The notes below the pieces were generated by a model that worked only from the letters and a program-made list of their open reading frames with translations, was not told the origin of the DNA and searched no databases. A stretch of 64,000 bases of DNA from Acidimicrobiales bacterium. Its GTDB lineage: Bacteria; Actinomycetota; Acidimicrobiia; Acidimicrobiales; Ilumatobacteraceae. How positions within the stretch are numbered: the stretch's first letter is position 1; each line of letters starts with the position of its first letter. Position numbers and translations under genes: made by a program. The stretch is taken from contig JBBQMG010000004.1 of NCBI GenBank assembly GCA_038328705.1, positions 3,391 through 67,390 of the forward strand, read 5' to 3'. This document shows positions 20,597 through 29,112 of the stretch, in pieces.

Positions 20597-21285
20597 CCGT
20601 CGCCACCGACTCTGAACTGATCTGGCAGCAGTGCCTGTTCGCGTTCGAAGAACCCAAGGTCAATGATGTGGATGTCGGCGGCAGCGGTCTCACTAGGACT
20701 TGGCTCGACGAGACGTCGTGGGTCGATTTCGTGCCGCGCTGGCTCAGTGGGGCCGACCTGGTCTTTGCCGAGCTGGTTGCCAAGCTGCCGTGGCGCCAGC
20801 GCGAAGTCACCATGTACGACCGGCGCGTCGCCGAGCCACGGCTCACCGCTTGGTGGGGGCTCACCAATGGCGAGCCCGAGCCGCTGGCGGTGCTGCAGGA
20901 GGCCAGGGCTGCCCTCACCCGCCACTACTCGCGCCCGTTCGACTCCATTGGCTTCAACCTGTACCGCGATGGCCGCGATTCGGTGGCCTGGCACGCGGAC
21001 CGCGAGCGCTACACCCACGAAGACCCGGTCGTCGCGATTCTCAGTACTGGTGCGCCGCGGGCACTGCACATTCGGCCCAAGCCGTCGCAGGGCAAGGGTG
21101 CGCCGTCGAGTACATGGCACATTGGCCAGGGCGACCTGCTGGTGATGGGCGGCGCCTGCCAGCACGACTTCGAGCACTGCGTGCCAAAGGCAGCCCACGT
21201 CGAGGGCCCCCGCCTCAGCATCATGTTCCGACACAACATGGCCGACTGGCAGCCGCCCGATTCCGGCACGTACAACCAGGCGTGA
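20575..21285 (+). CDS. alkB: AlkB-like 2-oxoglutarate/Fe(II)-dependent dioxygenase
   Basis: HxD (VAWHADRE), a distal His (DFEHCVPK) and RLSIMFRH are present. Confidence 0.8.
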   Translation: MTGPTAPPVATDSELIWQQCLFAFEEPKVNDVDVGGSGLTRTWLDETSWVDFVPRWLSGADLVFAELVAKLPWRQREVTMYDRRVAEPRLTAWWGLTNGEPEPLAVLQEARAALTRHYSRPFDSIGFNLYRDGRDSVAWHADRERYTHEDPVVAILSTGAPRALHIRPKPSQGKGAPSSTWHIGQGDLLVMGGACQHDFEHCVPKAAHVEGPRLSIMFRHNMADWQPPDSGTYNQA

Positions 21286-21345
21286 GCACCATCTGTTCAC
21301 CTCGCCGGTCCGGCCCAGGGGATCGAGCGAGGGCATACTAGGGCG

Positions 21346-22566
21346 ATGTCGAACGACCCTGCGCGCTACGCATTTCTTCCCGGTGCACCTGCCTACCCGA
21401 CGATTGTTGCGGGTGACGGAGTCTTCCTGATCGCCGACGACGGCCGACGCATTCTCGACGCTGCGGCGGGCGCCATCGTCGGCAACATCGGGTGGGGTCG
21501 CAAGGAGGTGGGCCAGGCCGCCGCCGCGGCAATGGAGACCGGTTACGTCGTTCCGCTGTGGCCCACGCCGCACCGGCTGGCGCTGCACGACGAACTGGTC
21601 CAACACTGGTTGCCCGAGAGTTTCAATCACGTCTTCTTCACCAGCGGTGGCAGCGAGAGCACCGACTCGGCTCTCCGCTTGGCCCGCGCTTATCAGGTGG
21701 CCAAGGGGCGCGTGGATCGGTGGAAGGTCATCGGCCGCCACCCCAGTTACCACGGCATGACCACCGGCACGATGGCCGTCGCCAGCCACACGCTGCGTCA
21801 ACGGGGATACGAGCCGCTGCTGCTGCCGTTCCCGAAGGTGCCATGGGACGACCCGGAGCAGGTTTTGAAAGTGATCGAGCAAGAAGACCCGGCCACCATC
21901 GCGGGCTTCATCGTCGAACCGATCACCGGTGCCGCCGGCGCCTGCTTGACCGCCAGCGACAAGTACTGGAAGGTCGTCACCAACGCCTGCCGCGAGCACG
22001 ACATTCTGCTGATCGCGGATGAAGTGATGACCGGCTACGGCCGCACGGGTCTGAACTTCGGCCACCAACACTTCCCGATGGTGCCCGATGTGATCGTGGG
22101 CGGCAAGGGCTTGGGCGGCGGCTACGTGCCGCTCGGCGCGGTGGCTGCGTCCGATCACGTGGCCGAAACGTTGCGCGGCAGCGGTTTCATGTACTTCACG
22201 TTCACGGGCAACGACGGTGCGTGCGCCGCAGCCGTGAAGGTGCTGCAGATCATGCGCGACGAACAACTCGTGCAACGAGCAGCGACTGTCGGTGCCCACC
22301 TGGGTCAGCGTCTGCGCGACGAGTTCGGTCAGCACCCGGCCGTTGCCGACATTCGTGGCCGCGGCATGTTCTACGGTCTGGAACTGAATTGCAGCCGCGA
22401 CGCCGTCGTGCAAGCCGCGATGGATCGCGATATGTGGGTCTACCCGGCCGGTTCCGGCCCCGTTGCCGAAGCCGTGATGGTGGCGCCGCCGTTCGTCATC
22501 ACCGAGGCAGAGATCGAGCAACTCGTCTCTACCCTGCGCGACTCGCTCGACGCTGTGCATCGGTGA
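21346..22566 (+). CDS. Class III (omega/acetylornithine-type) PLP aminotransferase
   Basis: FTSGGSESTDSALRLAR and LLIADEVMTGYGRTG are present, and GGKGLGGGY carries the PLP lysine. Confidence 0.85.
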   Translation: MSNDPARYAFLPGAPAYPTIVAGDGVFLIADDGRRILDAAAGAIVGNIGWGRKEVGQAAAAAMETGYVVPLWPTPHRLALHDELVQHWLPESFNHVFFTSGGSESTDSALRLARAYQVAKGRVDRWKVIGRHPSYHGMTTGTMAVASHTLRQRGYEPLLLPFPKVPWDDPEQVLKVIEQEDPATIAGFIVEPITGAAGACLTASDKYWKVVTNACREHDILLIADEVMTGYGRTGLNFGHQHFPMVPDVIVGGKGLGGGYVPLGAVAASDHVAETLRGSGFMYFTFTGNDGACAAAVKVLQIMRDEQLVQRAATVGAHLGQRLRDEFGQHPAVADIRGRGMFYGLELNCSRDAVVQAAMDRDMWVYPAGSGPVAEAVMVAPPFVITEAEIEQLVSTLRDSLDAVHR

Positions 22567-23336
22567 CTGCTCTCAGCCTGCCCGACGTCGGAAGCGAACC
22601 GCGGCGGCTCATCGCACTCGAAGCCGTTCACAACTTCCGTGACATGGGTGGTTACCCCGCCGCCGACGGGCACACGACGCGGTGGCGCACGCTCTTCCGC
22701 GCCGACGGTCTCTACCGTCTGGCCGGCAACGACCTGGAAACGGTGCGCAAGCTAGGGCTGCGCACGGTGATCGACCTACGCAGCCACGCCGAGCTGGCCG
22801 ATCGCGGCACCTTCCCGCGCGATCTGCACCCTGTGGACTTCCACCATGTGCCCATCATCGACAGTACGTGGCAGAACCTTGGTCGCGCCGATGCCGACAA
22901 CCCTGTTGCCTTCCTCGAGTGGGCCTACAACGACATGTTGCGCGAAGGCCCGGAGAGGTTTGCGCAGGCCATCGAGCAGCTCGGCCAAGCGAACTCGTTC
23001 CCGGCGGTGTTCCACTGCGCTGCCGGCAAGGACCGCACTGGAGTGCTGGCGATGCTGCTGCTGGGCTCTCTGGGCGTGCCGCACAAGTACATCGTGGCCG
23101 ATTATGCGCTCACGACCGGAGGCATCCAGCGTATGCGGGCTTGGGCGCAGCGAGAAGCGCCCGAGTTGTGGGAACGCCTGGCCGACACCCCGTCTGCGTT
23201 CTTGGCGGCCGTGCCCGAAGCGATGGCGAGAGTGATCGACTCCATCTGCGAAGACGGCACCATCCGTGACTACACACTCAGCCTCGGCGTCACTCCCGGT
23301 GCGCTCGAAGGTCTGGCCGCCCAGCTCCTCGAGTAA
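22563..23336 (+). CDS. Protein-tyrosine/dual-specificity phosphatase (Y_phosphatase3 type)
   Basis: CX5R active site FHCAAGKDRTG is present. The GTG at 22563 forms a GTGA overlap with the aminotransferase stop. Confidence 0.8.
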   Translation: MTALSLPDVGSEPRRLIALEAVHNFRDMGGYPAADGHTTRWRTLFRADGLYRLAGNDLETVRKLGLRTVIDLRSHAELADRGTFPRDLHPVDFHHVPIIDSTWQNLGRADADNPVAFLEWAYNDMLREGPERFAQAIEQLGQANSFPAVFHCAAGKDRTGVLAMLLLGSLGVPHKYIVADYALTTGGIQRMRAWAQREAPELWERLADTPSAFLAAVPEAMARVIDSICEDGTIRDYTLSLGVTPGALEGLAAQLLE

Positions 23337-23370
23337 CGGCACGGTCGAGTAACGGCACGGTCGAGTAACG
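23329..23370. repeat. 16-bp tandem direct repeat, about 2.6 copies
   Basis: TCGAGTAACGGCACGG at 23329-23344 and 23345-23360, plus a partial copy TCGAGTAACG at 23361-23370. The first copy contains the TAA stop of the phosphatase gene. Confidence 0.85.
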
Positions 23371-23401
23371 AGCGACTGCGGCTGCAGCGTACGCTCGCCA
23401 C

Positions 23402-24040
23402 ATGAACGGCAGCAGAGTCAATGGTACGATCGCTCTACAAGGCGGGGGCCCCTTCACCGCCAACGACGATCTCGACCGGCGGCTGCTGGCCTCGGTCGGT
23501 GCCACCAAGGTGGTGGTGCTGCCAACGGCCGACGCGTTCGAGCGGCCCGAGCGGCTGGTCGCGTCTGCGATGAACTGGGCCGAGCGCCTCGAGCTGGAAG
23601 TCGAGGCGCTGATGGTCATGCGCCGTGGCGAGGCGATGGAGAGCGGTCCCGCGAACCTGCTGCGCCAAGCGAAGGCTGTCTACTTCGTGGGCGACCAGCC
23701 GATGCACCTACGTTCCGTACTCAAGGACACGCCGTTGTGGGATGCCTTGCGCGATGTGCTGACCAACGGCGGCCTTGTGACAGCCGTCGGCGGCAGCGCG
23801 GCGGCGATGTGTGATCCGATGGTCGACCCTCGTGGCGGGGCGTTCACCCTGGGCCTCGGGCTGGTGCCCAACCTGGCGCTGGTCACCGAAGCAGAGACGT
23901 GGTCGCCGGAGCGACTGCACCGCACGCGCAAGCTGGCCAACACCGCTTTTGCGGTCATGCACAGTGGCGACGCGCTGGTGCTCTCCTCGACGGGTTGGGA
24001 AACGGTCGGCAAGACCGAAGTGCACGGCGAGCTGCCGTAA
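23402..24040 (+). CDS. Peptidase S51 / type-1 glutamine-amidotransferase-like protein (weak call)
   Basis: 212 aa. Overall resemblance to the cyanophycinase/dipeptidase E fold (LQGGGPF, VVLPTA, VYFVGDQP, AVGGSAAAM). No catalytic assignment was made. Confidence 0.4.
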   Translation: MNGSRVNGTIALQGGGPFTANDDLDRRLLASVGATKVVVLPTADAFERPERLVASAMNWAERLELEVEALMVMRRGEAMESGPANLLRQAKAVYFVGDQPMHLRSVLKDTPLWDALRDVLTNGGLVTAVGGSAAAMCDPMVDPRGGAFTLGLGLVPNLALVTEAETWSPERLHRTRKLANTAFAVMHSGDALVLSSTGWETVGKTEVHGELP

Positions 24041-24064
24041 CAGCCCGACCAGCGACAGCCCTCG

Positions 24065-24712
24065 TCAGGTCGTGACGGCGGCGGGCGCTGCCGGGGTGAT
24101 CGACATGATGTCGACGATGAACGAGAGTGCGCCGGCCGGACGGCCCTGCGCAGCAGCATCGGGCCCGTAGGCGAGGTCCACAGGAATGTCGATCTGGTAG
24201 CGGCCGCCAACTTTCAGGCCGACCAAGCCTTGGTCCCAGCCTTGGATCACTTGACCGGCGCCGAGCACGACAGGGATCGGTGCGCCGCGGTCGTAGCTGT
24301 TGTCGAACTCGACACCGTCGACGCTGGTGTATCCGAGGTAATGAACTTCCATGGCGTCGCCGACGACGGCGCCAACACCGGTGCCCTCGGTGATGGTGGT
24401 GACCTTCAGCTCGGTCACCGGCGCCGTGGGAATGGAAACTTCCGGCTTTGGCGGGGTGGTGGTGATCGGGGCGTTGGGGTCGACCGTAGTGGTCACTTCG
24501 CCAGCAACAGTGATGCTGGTCGTGGTGGTGGTGGACTTGGAGTCGCCGCCGCCGAACAGGGCGATGCCGCCCACCAGCAGCACGACGGCTCCGACGAGGA
24601 GGAAGATGCGCAGACCGAGACGCTTGGTCTTGTCTTTGCGCGCTTGCTTGGCAAGCTCCTCCAGTCGCAATTGGCGATTGGCCTTCTGTCGTTCACGCTT
24701 GGCGGTACCCAC
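24065..24712 (-). CDS. FKBP-type peptidyl-prolyl cis-trans isomerase with an N-terminal membrane anchor
   Basis: FKBP core sequence is present (VHYLGYTSVDGVEFDNSYDRG, VIQGWDQGLVGLKVGGR, FIVDIMSI). The N-terminus has a basic tail followed by one TM segment. Confidence 0.9.
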   Translation of the reverse strand: MGTAKRERQKANRQLRLEELAKQARKDKTKRLGLRIFLLVGAVVLLVGGIALFGGGDSKSTTTTTSITVAGEVTTTVDPNAPITTTPPKPEVSIPTAPVTELKVTTITEGTGVGAVVGDAMEVHYLGYTSVDGVEFDNSYDRGAPIPVVLGAGQVIQGWDQGLVGLKVGGRYQIDIPVDLAYGPDAAAQGRPAGALSFIVDIMSITPAAPAAVTT

Positions 24713-24837
24713 GAGGAGTGGAGGCTACAGGAGCGCGCCCCGACCTACCTCGCCAACCGTTCCGCAAGGATTGTTCAACTTTGTGACGCGCGGTGCCGAT
24801 GTTTTCAGTGTTGGTGGAGACGAAAGGGTCGCAAAGC

Positions 24838-27588
24838 ATGAGGAGGACGGAGCATTTGGGCGCGCGAGCACTGGCCGCGGTCGGCCTTTTGGCGACGCTC
24901 GTCTACCTGATCTGGCGTATCGGGTTCTCGATGCACGACACCGAACTGTGGCTGTCGCTTCCCACCTTGCTGGTCGAAGTGGTTGGTTTCCTCGGGGCGG
25001 TCGCTCTGACCTGGGCGTTGTGGCCCGTACCGGCTCGTCATCAGGCCAGAAGTGGTACCACCGTCGTCGACGCCATCGATGCCGTCGTCCGTGTTGACCG
25101 GCAATCGGTACACGAAGTGCGCACCACCCTGCTGGCATTGCAGTCGGTGCAGCACGTGAACGGTGTGGTACTCGTCGACCTCTCTGCGCGGCCGGCACTG
25201 GCGGCATTGGCCACCGAGTTTCAAGCGGTGTACGCGGCGACCGACGCCCCCGACCACAATGGGTTGCGGGTCATGTTGGCCGCGGTGCGCACATCGCAGT
25301 TCTTGTTGTTGGATGCCGGCGACATTCCGACAGGCGACATTGTCGAGCGGCTGATCACCGACTTCGTCGACCCCCGCGTTGCGGTCGTGCAGGGCATGGG
25401 TGTGTCGCTGGCGGAGGACTCCGCCGAGCACGGCCCCAATGGTCGCCACGAACTGTTGTTCGAGCGCAATGCGCTGAACCCTGCCCTCGGCTGTCGCGGC
25501 AGCGCGGCCTGGCTGGGAACTGGTTCGTTGGTTCGCACCGACGCGTTGCGCGATCTTCGCTTCGACACCTCACCCGCGCTGGAGGCCCAATGGTTGGCCG
25601 GCGCCGCGTTGCTCGCCGCCGGGTGGCGAGTCACAGCTCCCGGTGACGTTCCCGTCGTTGCGCACCGCCCAGTTCAGTCGGAGCAGGCAGTTGCGCAGGA
25701 TCGGTTGCAGCGTGCCCGTGCGGCGCGACGCATGGTGTTCGGCGGCGCCGGCGTCCTGCGGTCGAGTTCGTTCACGCCATCTCAGCGTCTTGCGGTGGTG
25801 GCGTGGGCAGTGCGTCCTCTGTCCGGCCTTCGTCGCGTGGTGTTTCTCGTCCTTCTTGGTTCGGCGCTCCTCGCCGGCGCAGTTCCCTTCCACGCCTCGG
25901 CCACCGTATTGGTGTGTGGCTGGCTGCCGGCCTTTGCGTACACGTCGCTCGGGTTGGCGTTGCTCAGTGGCTGGACCCTGCGGCCTGGCGACCGCACTCG
26001 CTGGTCGCTGCACTCCATCGGCGCTGCTTGTCGCAGCCTGCGATCCGCGCACGATCGGACTGTTCGGCGCGCACCGATCATTGCGCTGCCCAGCCCGCAG
26101 TACGGGGCGGGCCTGGTGATTGCGGTCGTGGCGCTCAGCGTCATTCTCGTGTTGCGCGGCGTGAGCGATCGTGTCACTCACACACTTGGCGCGATGCCGC
26201 AGTCGTCGTTGATGGCGGTACTGATCGTGACGCTGTGGACGCTCGGCCTCTCGTTGGATCTGTTGCAGGTGCTGGCGCGTCGGGCGCAGTTGCGGCGCAC
26301 CGCACGCGTCGTGTCGTCGCTGCCAGCGACCTTCGGCGAGCGCGCCGTCAGCATCGTCGACCTCACAGCTCTGGGTGCCGGTTTGATCAGCCAAACCGGC
26401 GTCGGGGTCAACGAGCGCTTGCTGCTGGACTCCGCAATTCCCACCCGTTCGGGAGTCACCACGATGCGCGTGCCGTGCATAGTGCGAAACGTCTCGCGCC
26501 GGGTGGATGGCGACTTCCGCATTGGTGTCGAGTTCGGCGACGTCAGCGACGCGACGGCGAATGCGTTGGCCGAGTTCTGCACCATCGAGCCTGTTTGGGA
26601 ACACCTGGGCACGGTGCCGTCCAGCCGGCCCATCGGTGCGCAGCAACTGATGTACGTGGATGAGCCCGAGAGCCAACCGACGACCGGTCGCATGGCCGTT
26701 CGTCTTGTGTCGCTGCTCGCACTGGTCGGCGCTGTGGCCAGCTCCGTGCCCGCCACTGTTGATGCATCGGCTTCGCTGGACCATCGCGTCAGTGGTGTCG
26801 TCGTCGCCGTCGTGGATCCTGCCGTTGATGCGACGTCAGTGCCCACGACAGCTCCCACGACAGTTCCCACGTCAGTTCCCGACACGATCGTGGTCGACAC
26901 CAGCGTGTTCACGACGGTTGTGGAGTCGACGCTCGAGTTGAACCTGACGACGACAACCGTTGCCGCAGAGGTCTCGATCGGTGAACCAGCCCCGCTACCG
27001 GGCGCCGTCGTGGTCGCTGTCTGCTCGCTGGATGCTGGCCCTGATGGCGCGTGGGGAACCACCGACGATGTGTACGACGCACCGGTGTCCGCCATCACGG
27101 AGAGCGACGGTACCTATCAGCTCGAGCTCGTCGGTGAAGCGTGCTGGGCGACGGTGGCGCCGCCAGAGCTGATGACCGAGCCGGCCGGGGGCGAAGTCGT
27201 GTTGTCGGCGGTGGACGTCAGTGGGCCGTCGACGAGCGCCCGACGAGTACTCGTGGAGCGTGCCGTTGTGGCACTGCCTGATGTGCCGACGATTGGTTCT
27301 CCGCAGCAGCAGCCGCTGGCCGACGGTGTGTCGTTGAGCTTGCTCGACGCTGGCGGTCGCACGGTCGGCAGCGTGCAGGGCGATGTCGTACGTGGATTCA
27401 ATTTCGCCACGGCGGATGGCAGCGCGTTGCCCGTTCCGGCTCCTTCGCAACTTGCGACGACCACCGTGCACAATCGGTCCACGCTGTCGATCTTCGTGCT
27501 TGCCATCGCCGCATTGCTGGCGCTGAGCATTCTTCTGGGCCTTGCCCGTCCGCGCTCGGCGCAGGTGAAGCCGTCACATGGCGACTGA
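24838..27588 (+). CDS. BcsA-like family-2 glycosyltransferase with a PilZ domain and a long extracytoplasmic C-terminal extension
   Basis: N-terminal TM segments are followed by a GT2-like region, more TM segments, and a PilZ domain (RRAQLRRTAR ... DLTALGAG). After that come a Thr/Val/Pro-rich region, a Cna-B/carboxypeptidase-regulatory-like segment and a C-terminal TM. The ATG at 24838 follows GAAAGGG. Confidence 0.7.
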   Translation: MRRTEHLGARALAAVGLLATLVYLIWRIGFSMHDTELWLSLPTLLVEVVGFLGAVALTWALWPVPARHQARSGTTVVDAIDAVVRVDRQSVHEVRTTLLALQSVQHVNGVVLVDLSARPALAALATEFQAVYAATDAPDHNGLRVMLAAVRTSQFLLLDAGDIPTGDIVERLITDFVDPRVAVVQGMGVSLAEDSAEHGPNGRHELLFERNALNPALGCRGSAAWLGTGSLVRTDALRDLRFDTSPALEAQWLAGAALLAAGWRVTAPGDVPVVAHRPVQSEQAVAQDRLQRARAARRMVFGGAGVLRSSSFTPSQRLAVVAWAVRPLSGLRRVVFLVLLGSALLAGAVPFHASATVLVCGWLPAFAYTSLGLALLSGWTLRPGDRTRWSLHSIGAACRSLRSAHDRTVRRAPIIALPSPQYGAGLVIAVVALSVILVLRGVSDRVTHTLGAMPQSSLMAVLIVTLWTLGLSLDLLQVLARRAQLRRTARVVSSLPATFGERAVSIVDLTALGAGLISQTGVGVNERLLLDSAIPTRSGVTTMRVPCIVRNVSRRVDGDFRIGVEFGDVSDATANALAEFCTIEPVWEHLGTVPSSRPIGAQQLMYVDEPESQPTTGRMAVRLVSLLALVGAVASSVPATVDASASLDHRVSGVVVAVVDPAVDATSVPTTAPTTVPTSVPDTIVVDTSVFTTVVESTLELNLTTTTVAAEVSIGEPAPLPGAVVVAVCSLDAGPDGAWGTTDDVYDAPVSAITESDGTYQLELVGEACWATVAPPELMTEPAGGEVVLSAVDVSGPSTSARRVLVERAVVALPDVPTIGSPQQQPLADGVSLSLLDAGGRTVGSVQGDVVRGFNFATADGSALPVPAPSQLATTTVHNRSTLSIFVLAIAALLALSILLGLARPRSAQVKPSHGD

Positions 27589-28203
27589 GTCGTCAGCATC
27601 ATCCGGCTCGCCGTCGGCAGCCTTTGCTATCAGGTATCCGATCGCGCGCTCAGCCTTTGGGTACCGGTGCGCCAACTGCCAGAAGTCGGCACCGTGACCG
27701 CTGACCTCCAGGTGCGCCAGCTCATGAACGATCACGTAGTCGATCACCCAGTCGGGGAATGCGGCCAGCCTGGTGGAGATTCGAATGTGGCCGGTGGTCG
27801 TGGTGCACGAACCCCATCGACTGACCATGTCGTCGGCCCAACGAATGTCGCGCGGTCGCGGCAGTTCGTGGCGCCGAGCAAGCGTTGTCGCACGAACGGT
27901 CAGGTCGATGCGCTCGGCCGACATCTTGCGCTTGAAGCTGGCCGACATCTTGGCGACCCACATCTCTGTCTCGGCACTGCTCATCCAGCTGGGCACGGTG
28001 ACGCTGAGAACGCCCGCGTGCAACTGTGCGCCGACGGTGCGCTTGCGTCGAGCCGAGCGGATGATGTTCACGCTGAAACTTTGGCCAGTCGCTGCGGGCT
28101 CGGTACTGGTGACTGGTCCGGGTTCGGGCGTACGAACGGGCTCGATCTGTGCCGGCAGGCCGAGTTCAGGGCCGAAGCCGGGCAGCTGTTGCGCGTTGGT
28201 CAC
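27574..28203 (-). CDS. YgjP/DUF45-type zinc metallopeptidase (M48-like)
   Basis: WGSCTTTTGHIRIS and the HExxH motif VIVHELAHL are present. Confidence 0.8.
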   Translation of the reverse strand: MTNAQQLPGFGPELGLPAQIEPVRTPEPGPVTSTEPAATGQSFSVNIIRSARRKRTVGAQLHAGVLSVTVPSWMSSAETEMWVAKMSASFKRKMSAERIDLTVRATTLARRHELPRPRDIRWADDMVSRWGSCTTTTGHIRISTRLAAFPDWVIDYVIVHELAHLEVSGHGADFWQLAHRYPKAERAIGYLIAKAADGEPDDADDSVAM

Positions 28204-28209
28204 GGGTGG

Positions 28210-28863
28210 TCAGAGCGTGTCGCCGAAGGATTGCGGGTCGATGAGATGCACCACTTCGCCGGACGTGACTCTGCCGTCGGCGTGCACATCGAACCAGCAG
28301 CCACCAAGATTCGTGAACCGAACGTCCTCTGCTCCCAGCGACCGGCGCAGCGTGCGCAACAGCCCTGCGTGGGTAACGACGAGGACTTCGCTGCGAGGGT
28401 GCTCTGCGGCGATTCGACGCAGCGCGGCCTGTGCACGCTCGGTGACTTCCTCTGCCGGTTCGGCGCCTTCCGGCCGGCGATGCTCGGCCAAGTAGTTCGG
28501 CCAGCCCACCTCGATCTCTTGAATGGTCAAGCCCTGCCACGGGCCGAACGCGTTCTCCATCAGCCCAGGGTCGACCTGCACGGGACCGATTCCCAGGGCC
28601 TCGGCGATGATGGCCGCCGTGTAGGCCGCACGTTGCAAAGTGCTCGCCCACACCGCGTCGAAGGTGCCCAGGACTTCGGCCGCAGCAATTGCCTGCAGCA
28701 TCCCGGCGTCAGTCAGCGGAGGGTCGGCCTGGCCCTGCCAGCGACCGACCGCGTTCCACTCGCTCTCGCCATGGCGCAGCGTGAGAACGCGCGTGACGGG
28801 GTTGGCGGTCGACGACACTCGGTGGAGGGTAGCTGTCACCGTGCGTATCGGGGCCACTACCAT
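28210..28863 (-). CDS. Histidine phosphatase (phosphoglycerate-mutase-like) family protein
   Basis: RHG motif LTLRHGESEWN and the distal His VVTHAG are present. The start is uncertain (ATG at 28863 or GTG at 28818). Confidence 0.85.
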   Translation of the reverse strand: MVVAPIRTVTATLHRVSSTANPVTRVLTLRHGESEWNAVGRWQGQADPPLTDAGMLQAIAAAEVLGTFDAVWASTLQRAAYTAAIIAEALGIGPVQVDPGLMENAFGPWQGLTIQEIEVGWPNYLAEHRRPEGAEPAEEVTERAQAALRRIAAEHPRSEVLVVTHAGLLRTLRRSLGAEDVRFTNLGGCWFDVHADGRVTSGEVVHLIDPQSFGDTL

Positions 28864-28869
28864 GCCCTC

Positions 28870-29112
28870 ATGGCCACGCTTCGTCTCTTTGCTGCGGCCC
28901 GCGAAGTCGCGGGCACGGGCACGGCGCAGTTCGACGGTGGCACAGTGGGCGAAGTATTGGCCGCAGCGGTCGCCCGCTACGGCGAAAGTTTCCAGACGGT
29001 GCTTGGCAGCTGTCGTGTGTGGGTGAACGGCGACGCCGCCGACCCACAGACAGTCGTCGGTGTCGAAGACGAAGTGGCGGTTCTGCCGCCCGTGAGTGGA
29101 GGTTCCACATGA
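28870..29112 (+). CDS. MoaD/ThiS-family beta-grasp sulfur-carrier-like protein
   Basis: 80 aa, MATLRLFAAAREVAG ... VAVLPPVSGGST. The rest of the 481-aa ORF in the track is antisense to two well-supported genes. Confidence 0.7.
   Translation: MATLRLFAAAREVAGTGTAQFDGGTVGEVLAAAVARYGESFQTVLGSCRVWVNGDAADPQTVVGVEDEVAVLPPVSGGST

Noticed and set aside
27667-28869. Long N-terminal part of the 481-aa plus-strand ORF that ends with the MoaD-like sequence.
   Set aside because: It lies antisense to the well-supported DUF45 metallopeptidase and histidine phosphatase genes and has no recognisable motif. Only the last 80 codons (from ATG 28870) look like a real protein. The same logic was used to trim the ORF-track starts at 1956, 12679, 14472, 22221, 29019, 29414, 32380, 39630, 46703, 47587, 54494-55885 and 52650-53930.
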